In this document: positions 1 to 8,658 of the stretch, one piece after another
Position numbering within the stretch: position 1 is the first letter of the stretch
Layout of the letters: every line of letters begins with the position of its first letter
Source of the DNA: Rhodobacter capsulatus SB 1003
GTDB taxonomy: Bacteria > Pseudomonadota > Alphaproteobacteria > Rhodobacterales > Rhodobacteraceae
Assembly (NCBI RefSeq): GCF_000021865.1
Contig: NC_014034.1
Location: 360,001-392,000 of the forward strand
DNA: 32,000 bases
Reading direction: 5' to 3'
The notes under the pieces: model-generated
The model's input: only the letters and a program-made list of their open reading frames with translations
Databases searched by the model: none
What the model was told of the DNA's origin: nothing
Position numbers and translations under genes: made by a program

Positions 1-260
1 CGGTCAATGTCCTGGGCAGCTTTGCCATGGGCGTGCTGGTCGTGGTGCTGGCGATGAAGGGCGGCACCCGCTTCGCCCCCTTCCTGATGACCGGGATCCT
101 GGGCGGCTTCACCACCTTTTCCGCCTTTTCGCTCGATGCGGCGAAGCTGGTCGAGACCGGCGAAATCGGAACGGCGGCGGTCTATGTGCTGGGCTCGGTC
201 GGTCTGGGTCTGGCAGCACTTTTCGCGGGCATGGCGTTCGCACGGGGGTTTTTCGCATGA
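1..260 (+). CDS. crcB: Fluoride channel CrcB, 5' end cut by window edge
   Basis: The frame is open from base 3 (NVLGSFAMGVLVV...). The C-terminal TGILGGFTTFSAFSLD motif is typical of the CrcB family. Stop TGA 258-260 overlaps the next ATG (ATGA). Confidence 0.85.
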   Translation, partial: VNVLGSFAMGVLVVVLAMKGGTRFAPFLMTGILGGFTTFSAFSLDAAKLVETGEIGTAAVYVLGSVGLGLAALFAGMAFARGFFA

Positions 261-1324
261 GTTCGGTGCAACTGATCAAGGTGACCGAGGACGAGGGCGA
301 AAGCCGTCTCGACCGCTGGTTGAAGAAGAAATTCCCGGTGCTGACCCAGGGCGCGGTGGAAAAGATGTGCCGCACCGGGCAGTTGCGGGTGGATGGCGGC
401 CGGGTCAAGGCCAGCGACCGGATCGGGCCCGGCATGGAGGTTCGCGTGCCGCCGCTGCCCGAGGCCGGGGCGAAGGCGCCCGAAAGCCGGTCGGAAGCGC
501 GGCGGGACGCCACGCAGATCTCGCCCGCCGACGAGAAGATGATCCAGGCCGCGGTGCTGTGGAAGGATGAGCATATCATCGCGTTGAACAAGCCTGCCGG
601 GCTGCCTTCGCAGGGGGGCTCGGGGCAGGGGGACCGGCATGTCGATGGCCTGCTTGAGGCGCTCAAGTTCGGCTACAAGGACCGGCCGAAGATGGTGCAC
701 CGGCTCGACAAGGACACCTCGGGGGTGCTGCTGATCGCCCGCACCGACCGCGTCGCCCGGGCGCTGTCCGAATCGTTTCGGCTGAAGACCACCCGCAAGA
801 TCTATTGGGCGGCGGTGGCGGGGGTGCCCAGCCCGAAGAAGGGCACGATTCGCTATGGTCTGGTGAAGGCCCCCGGCCATGGCCGCGGCGGCGAGGGCGA
901 AAAGATGCTTTGCATCCATCCGTCCAAGGTCGATGCGACGCCCGATGCGAAACGCGCCACCACCGATTTCGCGGTGATCGACGGGCTCGGCTCGCGCGTC
1001 AGCTGGGTCGGGCTGGTGCCGATCACCGGCCGCACCCACCAGCTGCGCGCGCATATGGCGGAACTGGGTCATCCGATTGTCGGCGATGGCAAATATGGCG
1101 GCTCGGGGCAGGAAAATCTGGGCGACGGCTGGGGCTCGCAACTGGGCGGAGAGATCTCGCGCAAGCTGCATCTGCACGCCCGCACGATTTCCTTTGACCA
1201 TCCGATCACGAAGAAACGCATCACCCTGACCGCGCCGCTGCCCGATCACATGGTGCGGACCTGGAAGACGCTGGGCTGGATCGAGGGCGAAGCGCCGCTC
1301 GACCCGTTCGAGGACGATCGATGA
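257..1324 (+). CDS. RluA-family 23S rRNA pseudouridine synthase (RluC-like) with N-terminal S4 domain
   Basis: 355 aa. S4-like RLDRWLKKKFP...GQLRVDGGRVK at the N-terminus, catalytic HRLDKDTSGVLL motif and GRTHQLR motif. ATG at 257; ATGA overlaps at both ends. Confidence 0.9.
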   Translation: MSSVQLIKVTEDEGESRLDRWLKKKFPVLTQGAVEKMCRTGQLRVDGGRVKASDRIGPGMEVRVPPLPEAGAKAPESRSEARRDATQISPADEKMIQAAVLWKDEHIIALNKPAGLPSQGGSGQGDRHVDGLLEALKFGYKDRPKMVHRLDKDTSGVLLIARTDRVARALSESFRLKTTRKIYWAAVAGVPSPKKGTIRYGLVKAPGHGRGGEGEKMLCIHPSKVDATPDAKRATTDFAVIDGLGSRVSWVGLVPITGRTHQLRAHMAELGHPIVGDGKYGGSGQENLGDGWGSQLGGEISRKLHLHARTISFDHPITKKRITLTAPLPDHMVRTWKTLGWIEGEAPLDPFEDDR

Positions 1325-1977
1325 AACTGGCGATCTTCGACGTCGACGGCACGATCAGCGACAGTCAGGCGCATATCCTGGCCGCGATGACCGAGGCGTT
1401 CCGCACCGTCGGCCTGCCGCTGCCGCCGCGCGACGCGGTGCTGGCGATCGTCGGCCTGTCGCTGCCGGTGGCGATGGCGGAACTGGCCCCCGCCGCCGAT
1501 GCGGCGACGCAGGCGGCGCTGGTGGCGGCCTACAAGGCCAGCTATTTCACCGGCCGCGCCGCCTCGCCCGCGCCGCTTTACCCGGGCGCCAAGGATTGTC
1601 TTCTGCATCTGGCCGGGCGCGAGGACCTGCTTTTGGCCATCGCCACCGGCAAGTCGCGGCGCGGCGTGACGGCGCTGATCGCCCATCACGGGCTCGACGG
1701 GCTTTTCACCTCGGCGCAGGTGGCCGATGACCATCCGTCAAAGCCGCATCCCGCGATGGTGCTGGAGGCGCTCCGCGCAGCCGGGGTGGAGGCGCAAGAT
1801 GCGGTGATGATCGGCGACACCACCTTCGACATCGAGATGGGCCGCGCGGCCGGGGTGGCGACGATCGGCGTCAGCTGGGGCTATCACCCGGTATCCGAAT
1901 TGAAAAAGGCCGGGGCCGGGCGGATCGTCGAAAGTTTCGCCGAGCTGGAACAGGCCCTGCAGGAGAGGTTTGCATGA
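1321..1977 (+). CDS. HAD-superfamily hydrolase (phosphoglycolate phosphatase-like)
   Basis: 218 aa. Begins KLAIFDVDGTISDS (HAD motif I, DxDGT), has TGKSR (motif II-like) and a late GDTTFD motif. Start and stop codons overlap both neighbours. Confidence 0.85.
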   Translation: MKLAIFDVDGTISDSQAHILAAMTEAFRTVGLPLPPRDAVLAIVGLSLPVAMAELAPAADAATQAALVAAYKASYFTGRAASPAPLYPGAKDCLLHLAGREDLLLAIATGKSRRGVTALIAHHGLDGLFTSAQVADDHPSKPHPAMVLEALRAAGVEAQDAVMIGDTTFDIEMGRAAGVATIGVSWGYHPVSELKKAGAGRIVESFAELEQALQERFA

Positions 1978-2687
1978 GTGGTTGGAGCGCGAAACGGTTC
2001 TGGAAATCGGCCACGGTCGAGCCCTGCGAGGGCGGCTTCACCGTCAAGCTCGATGGGCGCGCGGTGAAGACCCCGGCCAAGGCGGCGCTGGTTCTGCCCA
2101 CGCAGGCCATGGCCGAGGCCGTCGCCGCCGAATGGCAGGCGCAGGGCGCAAAGATCGATCCGACGACGATGCCGGTGACGCGCTCGGCCAATGCCGCGCT
2201 CGACAAGGTGCGGGCGCAGCAGGCCGAGGTGGCCGCGCTGATCGCGGCCTATGGCGAGACCGACCTTCTGTGCTACCGCGCGAAGATGCCCGAGGAGCTG
2301 GTGGCGCGGCAGGCTGCGGCCTGGGACCGCTGGCTCGATTGGGCGGACAGCCGCTATCAGGCGCGGCTGACCGTGACCGCGGGCGTGCTGCCCGTGGCGC
2401 AGCCCGAACAGGCGCAGGCCGCGCTGGCGTCCCGGGTCGCCGCCTGCGACATCTGGGAACTGGCGGCTTTGCATGATCTGGTCGGCATCACCGGCTCGCT
2501 GGTGCTGGGCCTGGCTGTCGCCGAGGGCGAGATCGCCGCCGAAGAGGCCTGGCGGCTGTCGCGCATCGATGAGGACTGGCAGATCGCGCAATGGGGCGCG
2601 GACGAGGAAGCCGCCGAGATGGCCGCGCTGAAGCGCGAGGCGCTGATCCACGCCGGGCGATTCTGGATACTGCGGCATACCGCCTGA
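1974..2687 (+). CDS. ATP12-family F1-ATPase assembly chaperone
   Basis: 237 aa. The N-terminus KRFWKSATV...GGFTVKLDGRAVKTPAK and the overall layout are characteristic of alphaproteobacterial ATP12/ATPAF2 proteins. Confidence 0.8.
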   Translation: MSGWSAKRFWKSATVEPCEGGFTVKLDGRAVKTPAKAALVLPTQAMAEAVAAEWQAQGAKIDPTTMPVTRSANAALDKVRAQQAEVAALIAAYGETDLLCYRAKMPEELVARQAAAWDRWLDWADSRYQARLTVTAGVLPVAQPEQAQAALASRVAACDIWELAALHDLVGITGSLVLGLAVAEGEIAAEEAWRLSRIDEDWQIAQWGADEEAAEMAALKREALIHAGRFWILRHTA

Positions 2688-2834
2688 AACCCGACCCGGG
2701 ACGCCTGCGCGCTCTTCCCGATGCGCGCGATACGGGCATTTGCCCGGCGAATGGGCGGTTGCGACCTTGAAAATTACTCAGACGTCTTGACCAATTCCGG
2801 GGTATTTGCGCAAACTCGGTCAGCCGGTGATGAT

Positions 2835-2850
2835 CGGCACAGAACTTGCA
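2835..2850 (+). promoter_or_regulatory. Candidate sigma-54 (-24/-12) promoter element upstream of bztA
   Basis: cGGCAC-agaac-TTGCA matches TGGCAC-N5-TTGCW at 10 of 11 positions with the correct GG-N10-GC spacing. It lies about 57 nt upstream of the bztA ATG. Confidence 0.4.
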
Positions 2851-2906
2851 GACCCGTCAAGGGCAGACTCACCGCCGCAACGGCGGCAACTCAGGAAGAG
2901 GTAAAC

Positions 2907-3923
2907 ATGAAAAAATCCGCATTCTTCGGCTCGGTCGCACTGGCCGCCCTCGTGGCGGGCGCGGCGTCGGCCTCGACGCTGGATGACGTCAAGGCCCGCG
3001 GCCAGCTGATCTGCGGCTCGAACCCCGGCCTGACCGGGTTCGCCGCGCCGGATGCCAACGGGGTCTATCAGGGCTTTGACGTCGCGGTCTGCAAGGCCGT
3101 CGCGGCGGCGGTGCTGGGCGATCCGATGAAAGTGAAATACGTGCCGCTGACCGGCGAGACCCGCTTCACCGCGCTGGCCTCGGGCGAAGTCGACGTGCTG
3201 GTGCGCAACTCGACCTGGACCTTCTCGCGCGATACCGAGCTGGCGCTCGATTTCGTCGCCGTCAACTACTACGACGGTCAGGGCTTCATGGTGAACAAGT
3301 CGCTGGGCGTCAGCTCGGCCAAGGAACTCGACGGCGCGACGATCTGCGTGCAGACCGGCACCACCACCGAGATGAACCTCGCCGATTTCTTCAAGGCGAA
3401 CAACATGACCTACACGCCGGTGAACATCGCCGATGACGCGGAAGGCCAGCAGAAATTCGCCGCCGGCGCCTGCGACAGCTACACCACCGACGCCTCGGGC
3501 CTGGCCTCGTCGCGCGCGACGCTGCCCAATGCCGCCGATATCGTGATCCTGCCCGAGATCATCTCGAAGGAACCGCTCGGCCCGGTCGTGCGTCATGGCG
3601 ACAACAACTGGGGCGACATCGTCCGCTGGAGCTTCTACGCGCTTGTCGCCGCCGAGGAATACGGCATCACCAAGGCGAACCTGGAAGAAGTGGCCGCCTC
3701 GACGCAGAACCCGGAAATCCGCCGCCTGCTCGGCCTCGAAGGTGACATGGGCAAGAAGATCGGTCTCGACAATGATTTCGCCAAGCGCGCGATCCTGGCC
3801 TCGGGCAACTACGGCGAGGTCTTCGAGGCCAATATCGGCGCCTCGACCTCGATCGGTCTGGCCCGCGGCCTGAACGCGCAATGGACCCAGGGCGGGCTGA
3901 TGTACGCCCCGCCGTTCCGCTGA
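2907..3923 (+). CDS. bztA: Glu/Gln/Asp/Asn ABC transporter periplasmic binding protein BztA
   Basis: The ATG at 2907 follows GGAAGAGG. The product starts MKKSAFFGSVALAALVAGAASAS (signal peptide) followed by a family-3 solute-binding fold. The sequence is recognised as R. capsulatus BztA. The track ORF start at 2721 is an upstream extension with no support. Confidence 0.93.
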   Translation: MKKSAFFGSVALAALVAGAASASTLDDVKARGQLICGSNPGLTGFAAPDANGVYQGFDVAVCKAVAAAVLGDPMKVKYVPLTGETRFTALASGEVDVLVRNSTWTFSRDTELALDFVAVNYYDGQGFMVNKSLGVSSAKELDGATICVQTGTTTEMNLADFFKANNMTYTPVNIADDAEGQQKFAAGACDSYTTDASGLASSRATLPNAADIVILPEIISKEPLGPVVRHGDNNWGDIVRWSFYALVAAEEYGITKANLEEVAASTQNPEIRRLLGLEGDMGKKIGLDNDFAKRAILASGNYGEVFEANIGASTSIGLARGLNAQWTQGGLMYAPPFR

Positions 3924-3937
3924 TCCGATCCATCGAT

Positions 3938-3972
3938 GCGGCCGGGCAAAGCCCCGGCCGCATTCTGCATTT
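3938..3972 (+). terminator. Intercistronic stem-loop between bztA and bztB (partial terminator or mRNA stabiliser)
   Basis: Perfect 9-bp stem GCGGCCGGG/CCCGGCCGC (3938-3946 / 3953-3961) with a 6-nt loop, followed by the T-rich attctgcattt. Confidence 0.5.
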
Positions 3973-4049
3973 CAAGGACGGTCTGTCGGGGCACAAGTCC
4001 CGAACGCAGTCGGCGCAAAGCCGCGGGGCAGACCGGACAGGGGAAAACC

Positions 4050-5330
4050 ATGGCACTTGCAAGTGACCCGCCGAAAGCTGGCTTTCGGCTCTCGATGCTC
4101 ATTTACGATACGCGGTTCCGCTCGATCACCATCCAGATCGTGGTTCTGCTGCTGTTTCTGGCCGGGCTCGTCTGGCTTCTGAACAACGCCTATGTGAACC
4201 TTGAAGCCAAGGGCAAGGACTTCAACTTCAGCTTCCTCTGGACGCGGGCGGGCTACGACCTGGCGCAGACGCTGATCCCCTATTCGAACGACGACACCCA
4301 TTTCCGGGCGTTGATCGAGGGGCTGTTGAACACGCTGCTGGTCTCGGTTCTGGGCTGCATCCTGGCGACGATCCTTGGCACGATCATCGGCGTGCTGCGG
4401 CTGTCGCAGAACTGGCTCGTGGCGCGGATCATGACGGTCTATGTCGAGACCTTCCGCAACATTCCCTTGCTTTTGTGGATCCTGCTGATGGGCACGATCC
4501 TGGCCGAAACCCGGCCGGTGCCAAAGGACTTCCGCCTGACCGAGGCGATGAAGGCCGCGGGCGAGGAGCCCAAGGCCTCGATGTGGTTTTTCGATTCCGT
4601 CGCGGTGACGAACCGCGGCACCAACCTGCCCGCCCCCGCCTTCGACCATTCGCTGGGCGTGGTCGATCTGGGTTGGAACCTGCCCGTCAGCCTCAATGCG
4701 CTGGCGATCCTCGCGGTGATGTCGGCCTCCTTCTGGGGCTGGCGGCGCTTCATGGCCCGCGCCAAGGCGGTGCAGGAGGCGACCGGCACCCGGCCCACGA
4801 CCTGGTGGCCCAGCCTGCTGATCCTGTTCGCGCCGATCTCCGCGCTGCTTTACGGTCTCGGGTTCCACCTGGACTACCCCCAGATCACCAAGTTCGACTT
4901 CACCGGCGGCTTCCAGATGCTGCATTCCTTCACCGCGCTGCTGATCGCGCTGACGCTTTATACCGCGGCCTTCATCGCGGAAATCGTCCGGGCGGGGATT
5001 CAGGCGATCTCGCGGGGCCAGACCGAGGCCGCCTATGCGCTGGGTCTGCGCCCGGGCCGGACCATGAGCCTGGTGATCCTGCCGCAGGCGCTGCGGGTGA
5101 TCGTGCCGCCGCTGATTTCGCAGTTCCTGAACCTGACGAAGAACTCGTCGCTGGCCATCGCCGTCAGCTACATGGACCTGCGCGGCACTTTGGGCGGCAT
5201 CACGCTGAACCAGACCGGCCGGGAACTCGAATGCATGCTTCTGATGATGCTGATCTATCTGACCATCAGCCTGACGATTTCAAGCCTGATGAACCTCTAC
5301 AACAAATCGATCAAGCTGAAGGAGCGCTGA
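4050..5330 (+). CDS. bztB: Glu/Gln/Asp/Asn ABC transporter permease BztB
   Basis: Start taken at ATG 4050 (MALASDPPKAGFRLSMLIYD...). Multi-pass membrane protein with the EAA-type loop GQTEAAYALGLRPGRTM. AapQ/BztB family. Confidence 0.9.
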   Translation: MALASDPPKAGFRLSMLIYDTRFRSITIQIVVLLLFLAGLVWLLNNAYVNLEAKGKDFNFSFLWTRAGYDLAQTLIPYSNDDTHFRALIEGLLNTLLVSVLGCILATILGTIIGVLRLSQNWLVARIMTVYVETFRNIPLLLWILLMGTILAETRPVPKDFRLTEAMKAAGEEPKASMWFFDSVAVTNRGTNLPAPAFDHSLGVVDLGWNLPVSLNALAILAVMSASFWGWRRFMARAKAVQEATGTRPTTWWPSLLILFAPISALLYGLGFHLDYPQITKFDFTGGFQMLHSFTALLIALTLYTAAFIAEIVRAGIQAISRGQTEAAYALGLRPGRTMSLVILPQALRVIVPPLISQFLNLTKNSSLAIAVSYMDLRGTLGGITLNQTGRELECMLLMMLIYLTISLTISSLMNLYNKSIKLKER

Positions 5331-5331
5331 G

Positions 5332-6636
5332 ATGAGTGACACCTCCTTCGTGCGCACCGAGATGCTGGCGCCGCGCCCCGCCCCCGTGTCGCAGGTCGGC
5401 GCGATCAAATGGATGCGCGAGAACCTGTTCTCGGGCCCGCTCAACACCGCGCTGACAGTCTTTGGGCTGCTGGCCACGGTCTGGCTGGTGCAGGCGGCGG
5501 CGCCCTGGCTGCTGCATGGCGTCTGGAATGCGAATTCGCTGACCGAATGCCGCGCCATCATCGCCGAACGCTGGGGGCCCGAGGCCACCGGCGCCTGTTG
5601 GGCGGTCATCCGGGTGCGCTGGAACCAGTTCCTGTTCGGCTTTTACCCGGTCGATCAATATTGGCGGCTGTTCGTGACCTTTGCCGGGCTGTTCCTGGCG
5701 CTGGCGCCGGTGCTGTTCGACGCGCTGCCGCGCAAGCTGATCTGGGGCACGCTGCTTTACCCGCTGGCGGCCTTCTGGCTGCTGTGGGGCGGGCCGATCT
5801 GGGGGCCGGTCTCGGTGCTGGCGGGCTTCGCGATCCTCGGCCTGCTGTTCACCGCGCTGGCGCCGAAACTGGGGGTGCCGGTCTCGGCCGGGATCGGTCT
5901 TGTGGTCGCGGCGCTGTTCTGGCTTTACGCCGCGGCGCCGATCGAGGCGGCGCTGCAATCCGCCCTGCCGCTGGCCCTGCCCGAGGTGGACAGCGACCAG
6001 TTCGGCGGCTTCCTGCTGGCGCTGGTGATCGGGGTGACGGCGATCGTCGTCTCGCTGCCGCTCGGCATCCTTCTGGCGCTCGGTCGGCAATCCGACATGC
6101 TGATCGTGAAATCGCTGTCGGTGGGCATCATCGAATTCGTCCGCGGCGTGCCCCTGATCACGCTGCTGTTCACCGCCTCGCTGCTGCTGCAATACTTCCT
6201 GCCGCCGGGGACGAATTTCGACCTGATCCTGCGGGTGGTGATCCTGGTGACGCTGTTTGCCGCCGCCTATATCGCCGAGGTGATCCGCGGCGGTCTGGCG
6301 GCCCTGCCGCGCGGCCAATATGAGGCCGCCGATGCGCTGGGGCTGGATTACTGGCAGGCGCAGCGGCTGATCATCATGCCGCAGGCGCTGAAGATCTCGA
6401 TCCCCGGGATCGTGTCCTCGTTCATCGGGCTCTTCAAGGATACGACGCTGGTGGCCTTTGTCGGGCTTTTCGACCCGCTCAAGGGCATTTCGAACGTCGT
6501 GCGGTCCGACATGGCCTGGAAGGGAACCTATTGGGAACCCTATATCTTCGTCGCCCTCATCTTCTTCCTCTTCAACTTCAGCATGTCGCGCTATTCGATG
6601 TATCTCGAACGCAAGCTGAAACGTGACCACCGTTAA
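5332..6636 (+). CDS. bztC: Glu/Gln/Asp/Asn ABC transporter permease BztC
   Basis: 434 aa. Starts 1 nt after the bztB stop. Hydrophobic throughout; EAA loop GQYEAADALGLDYWQ. AapM/BztC family. Confidence 0.92.
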   Translation: MSDTSFVRTEMLAPRPAPVSQVGAIKWMRENLFSGPLNTALTVFGLLATVWLVQAAAPWLLHGVWNANSLTECRAIIAERWGPEATGACWAVIRVRWNQFLFGFYPVDQYWRLFVTFAGLFLALAPVLFDALPRKLIWGTLLYPLAAFWLLWGGPIWGPVSVLAGFAILGLLFTALAPKLGVPVSAGIGLVVAALFWLYAAAPIEAALQSALPLALPEVDSDQFGGFLLALVIGVTAIVVSLPLGILLALGRQSDMLIVKSLSVGIIEFVRGVPLITLLFTASLLLQYFLPPGTNFDLILRVVILVTLFAAAYIAEVIRGGLAALPRGQYEAADALGLDYWQAQRLIIMPQALKISIPGIVSSFIGLFKDTTLVAFVGLFDPLKGISNVVRSDMAWKGTYWEPYIFVALIFFLFNFSMSRYSMYLERKLKRDHR

Positions 6637-6646
6637 GGAGGCGCTC

Positions 6647-7438
6647 ATGTCAGAGCCCAGCTATGACCACCAGGTCGACCGCAGCCACATGCAGGTGAGC
6701 GACGAGATCGCGATCCAGATCAGCCAGATGAACAAGTGGTACGGCCAGTTCCACGTGTTGCGCGACATCAACCTGACGGTGCATCGCGGCGAGCGCATCG
6801 TGATTGCCGGACCTTCGGGTTCGGGGAAATCGACGATGATCCGCTGCATCAACCGGCTGGAGGAACACCAGTCCGGCAAGATCATCGTCGACGGGATCGA
6901 ACTGACCTCGGATCTGAAGAACATCGACAAGGTCCGGTCCGAAGTCGGGATGGTGTTCCAGCATTTCAACCTGTTCCCGCATCTGACGATCCTCGAGAAC
7001 CTGACGCTGGCGCCCATTTGGGTGCGCAAGGTGCCCAAGCGCGAGGCCGAGGAAACCGCGATGTATTACCTCGAAAAGGTGAAGATCCCGGAACAGGCGC
7101 AGAAATACCCCGGCCAGCTCTCGGGCGGGCAGCAGCAGCGGGTGGCGATCGCGCGCAGCCTGTGCATGAAGCCGAAGATCATGCTGTTCGACGAACCCAC
7201 CTCGGCGCTTGACCCCGAGATGATCAAGGAAGTGCTGGATACGATGATCCAGCTCGCCGAGGAAGGCATGACGATGCTCTGCGTCGCCCATGAGATGGGC
7301 TTTGCCCAGGCGGTGGCGAACCGGGTGATCTTCATGGCCGACGGGCAGATCGTCGAGCAGAACAACCCGCATGACTTCTTCCGCAACCCGCAATCGGAGC
7401 GGACGAAGCAGTTCCTGAGCCAGATTCTGGGGCATTGA
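6647..7438 (+). CDS. bztD: Glu/Gln/Asp/Asn ABC transporter ATP-binding protein BztD
   Basis: The ATG at 6647 is preceded by AAGGAGG. Walker A GPSGSGKST, signature LSGGQQQRVAIAR, Walker B MLFDEPTSALD. The GTG at 6623 in the track lies inside bztC and is less likely. Confidence 0.93.
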   Translation: MSEPSYDHQVDRSHMQVSDEIAIQISQMNKWYGQFHVLRDINLTVHRGERIVIAGPSGSGKSTMIRCINRLEEHQSGKIIVDGIELTSDLKNIDKVRSEVGMVFQHFNLFPHLTILENLTLAPIWVRKVPKREAEETAMYYLEKVKIPEQAQKYPGQLSGGQQQRVAIARSLCMKPKIMLFDEPTSALDPEMIKEVLDTMIQLAEEGMTMLCVAHEMGFAQAVANRVIFMADGQIVEQNNPHDFFRNPQSERTKQFLSQILGH

Positions 7439-7443
7439 AGGGT

Positions 7444-7510
7444 GGGGGCGCTGCCCCCACACCCCCGGGATATTTGGGGCAAGATAAAGGGGGCGGCCTT
7501 TGGGCTGCCC
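7444..7510. repeat. REP-like intergenic element, copy A (also the probable bztD/sixA bidirectional terminator region)
   Basis: Hairpin GGGGGC-gct-GCCCCC (7444-7458), then aCACCCCC..gaTATTTGgggCAAGataAAGGGGGCGG, then a second hairpin GGGCGGCC-tttg-GGCTGCCC followed by ttcttattt. It shares this architecture with 30834-30899. Confidence 0.6.
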
Positions 7511-7513
7511 TTC

Positions 7514-8035
7514 TTATTTGCCGCGGCTGGCGGGGAGGAAGAAATCGAGCATCGAGCCCTGGCCGGGGGCGACTTGCGACCAGTCGTCGATCTGGAAATC
7601 GACGATGAGGGTGGCGCAGGTCGGATATTTGCGGAAATCCGGGTCGTAATTCGGCCGCGACGGCAGCGAGGCGGCGAATTCGGCGATGCCCGGGTTATGC
7701 GCGATCAGCATCACCGTGGGCGCGGTCGCGGTTTTCAGCACGGCGAGCAGCGTCTCGGGCGTGGCCTGATAGAGGCTGTCGATGTAATGCACGTCGGGCC
7801 GGGTCTCGATCACCGCCGAGGCGACGCCGTCCCAGGTCTCGCGGGTGCGGGTGGCGGGGGAGCAGAGCACCTCTTCCGGCTCCAGCCCGCGCGAGGCGAG
7901 GAAATCGCCCAGCTCATGCGCCGCGGTGCGGCCGCGGGCGTTCAGCGGGCGGTCGGCATCGGCCATCAGGGGATCGTCCCAGCTCGATTTCGCATGGCGG
8001 GTGAGGATCAGGCGACGGTGTCCGGTGGGGGTCAT
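7514..8035 (-). CDS. Histidine phosphatase family protein (SixA-like phosphohistidine phosphatase)
   Basis: The start at ATG 8035 gives [21 protein letters not shown] (RHA/G catalytic motif) and a later IAHNPG. It overlaps the upstream stop as ATGA. The track start at 8122 adds 29 aa without support. Confidence 0.8.
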   Translation of the reverse strand: MTPTGHRRLILTRHAKSSWDDPLMADADRPLNARGRTAAHELGDFLASRGLEPEEVLCSPATRTRETWDGVASAVIETRPDVHYIDSLYQATPETLLAVLKTATAPTVMLIAHNPGIAEFAASLPSRPNYDPDFRKYPTCATLIVDFQIDDWSQVAPGQGSMLDFFLPASRGK

Positions 8036-8658
8036 CTGTGGAAGTGCCTCATGTGCCAAGCGGATTGAGCCTCCAGCCTGCCATAGCTTTGACCCGGGGG
8101 GCAAGAGCGCCGGACAAGACATCCGGCGGAAAGGCAGTTTTCCCCTTCCCCGGTGTTAAGGAACGCATGGCAGGCGGGGACGTCATAGCCCTTTGCCGAC
8201 AGGGCGCCGCAGGGGCAGGCCGTCGTGCAGGGCGCCGCGCAGCCCGAACAGGGGTGTTTTGACGCAGGGGGGCAGGGAAGCTGTTCCGGCAGCGCCAGAG
8301 CCCCCCGAAACGAGGTCCAAAGCCCCATCCGCGCATGCGCAAGCATCTGAACCGGCGAGGGAAAGGCCTGTTGCGACTCGGTTGCCCAGGCAAAGAACGG
8401 CGGGTAGGGCGGCCCGTCCGAGGGAAAGACCGCGCGCCCGCCGAAGGCCGTGGCAAGCGCCCCGATCGCCCGTTTCGACCAGCGGTCGAGCGGATCGGGG
8501 CGGCCATCGGCAAATTCCGGCTGCGCGGTGACATGATCCCAGAAGCCCGGCTCGTCGGGGGACAGAAGCAGGATCGTTTCGGCGCCCGCGGCGGTCAGGC
8601 CCGCCACGAACAGATGCTCCGCGGCCAGCGCCTCGGTCAGGGCCAGCGGCAGGCTCAC
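8032..8658 (-). CDS. Iron-sulfur cluster-binding protein (QueG / reductive-dehalogenase-related, ferredoxin-type)
   Basis: 208 aa. Cys clusters [15 protein letters not shown] and [15 protein letters not shown] sit in the C-terminal third. Apparent GTG start at 8658 overlaps the argB stop (GTGA). The function assignment is weak. Confidence 0.65.
   Translation of the reverse strand: MSLPLALTEALAAEHLFVAGLTAAGAETILLLSPDEPGFWDHVTAQPEFADGRPDPLDRWSKRAIGALATAFGGRAVFPSDGPPYPPFFAWATESQQAFPSPVQMLAHARMGLWTSFRGALALPEQLPCPPASKHPCSGCAAPCTTACPCGALSAKGYDVPACHAFLNTGEGENCLSAGCLVRRSCPPGQSYGRLEAQSAWHMRHFHR

Noticed and set aside
2721-2906. Upstream extensions of bztA (from 2721) and bztB (from 3936)
   Set aside because: The extensions lack signal-peptide or TM character and overlap promoter and hairpin sequence. 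Internal ATGs at 2907 and 4050 give the expected mature N-termini and have better RBS context.
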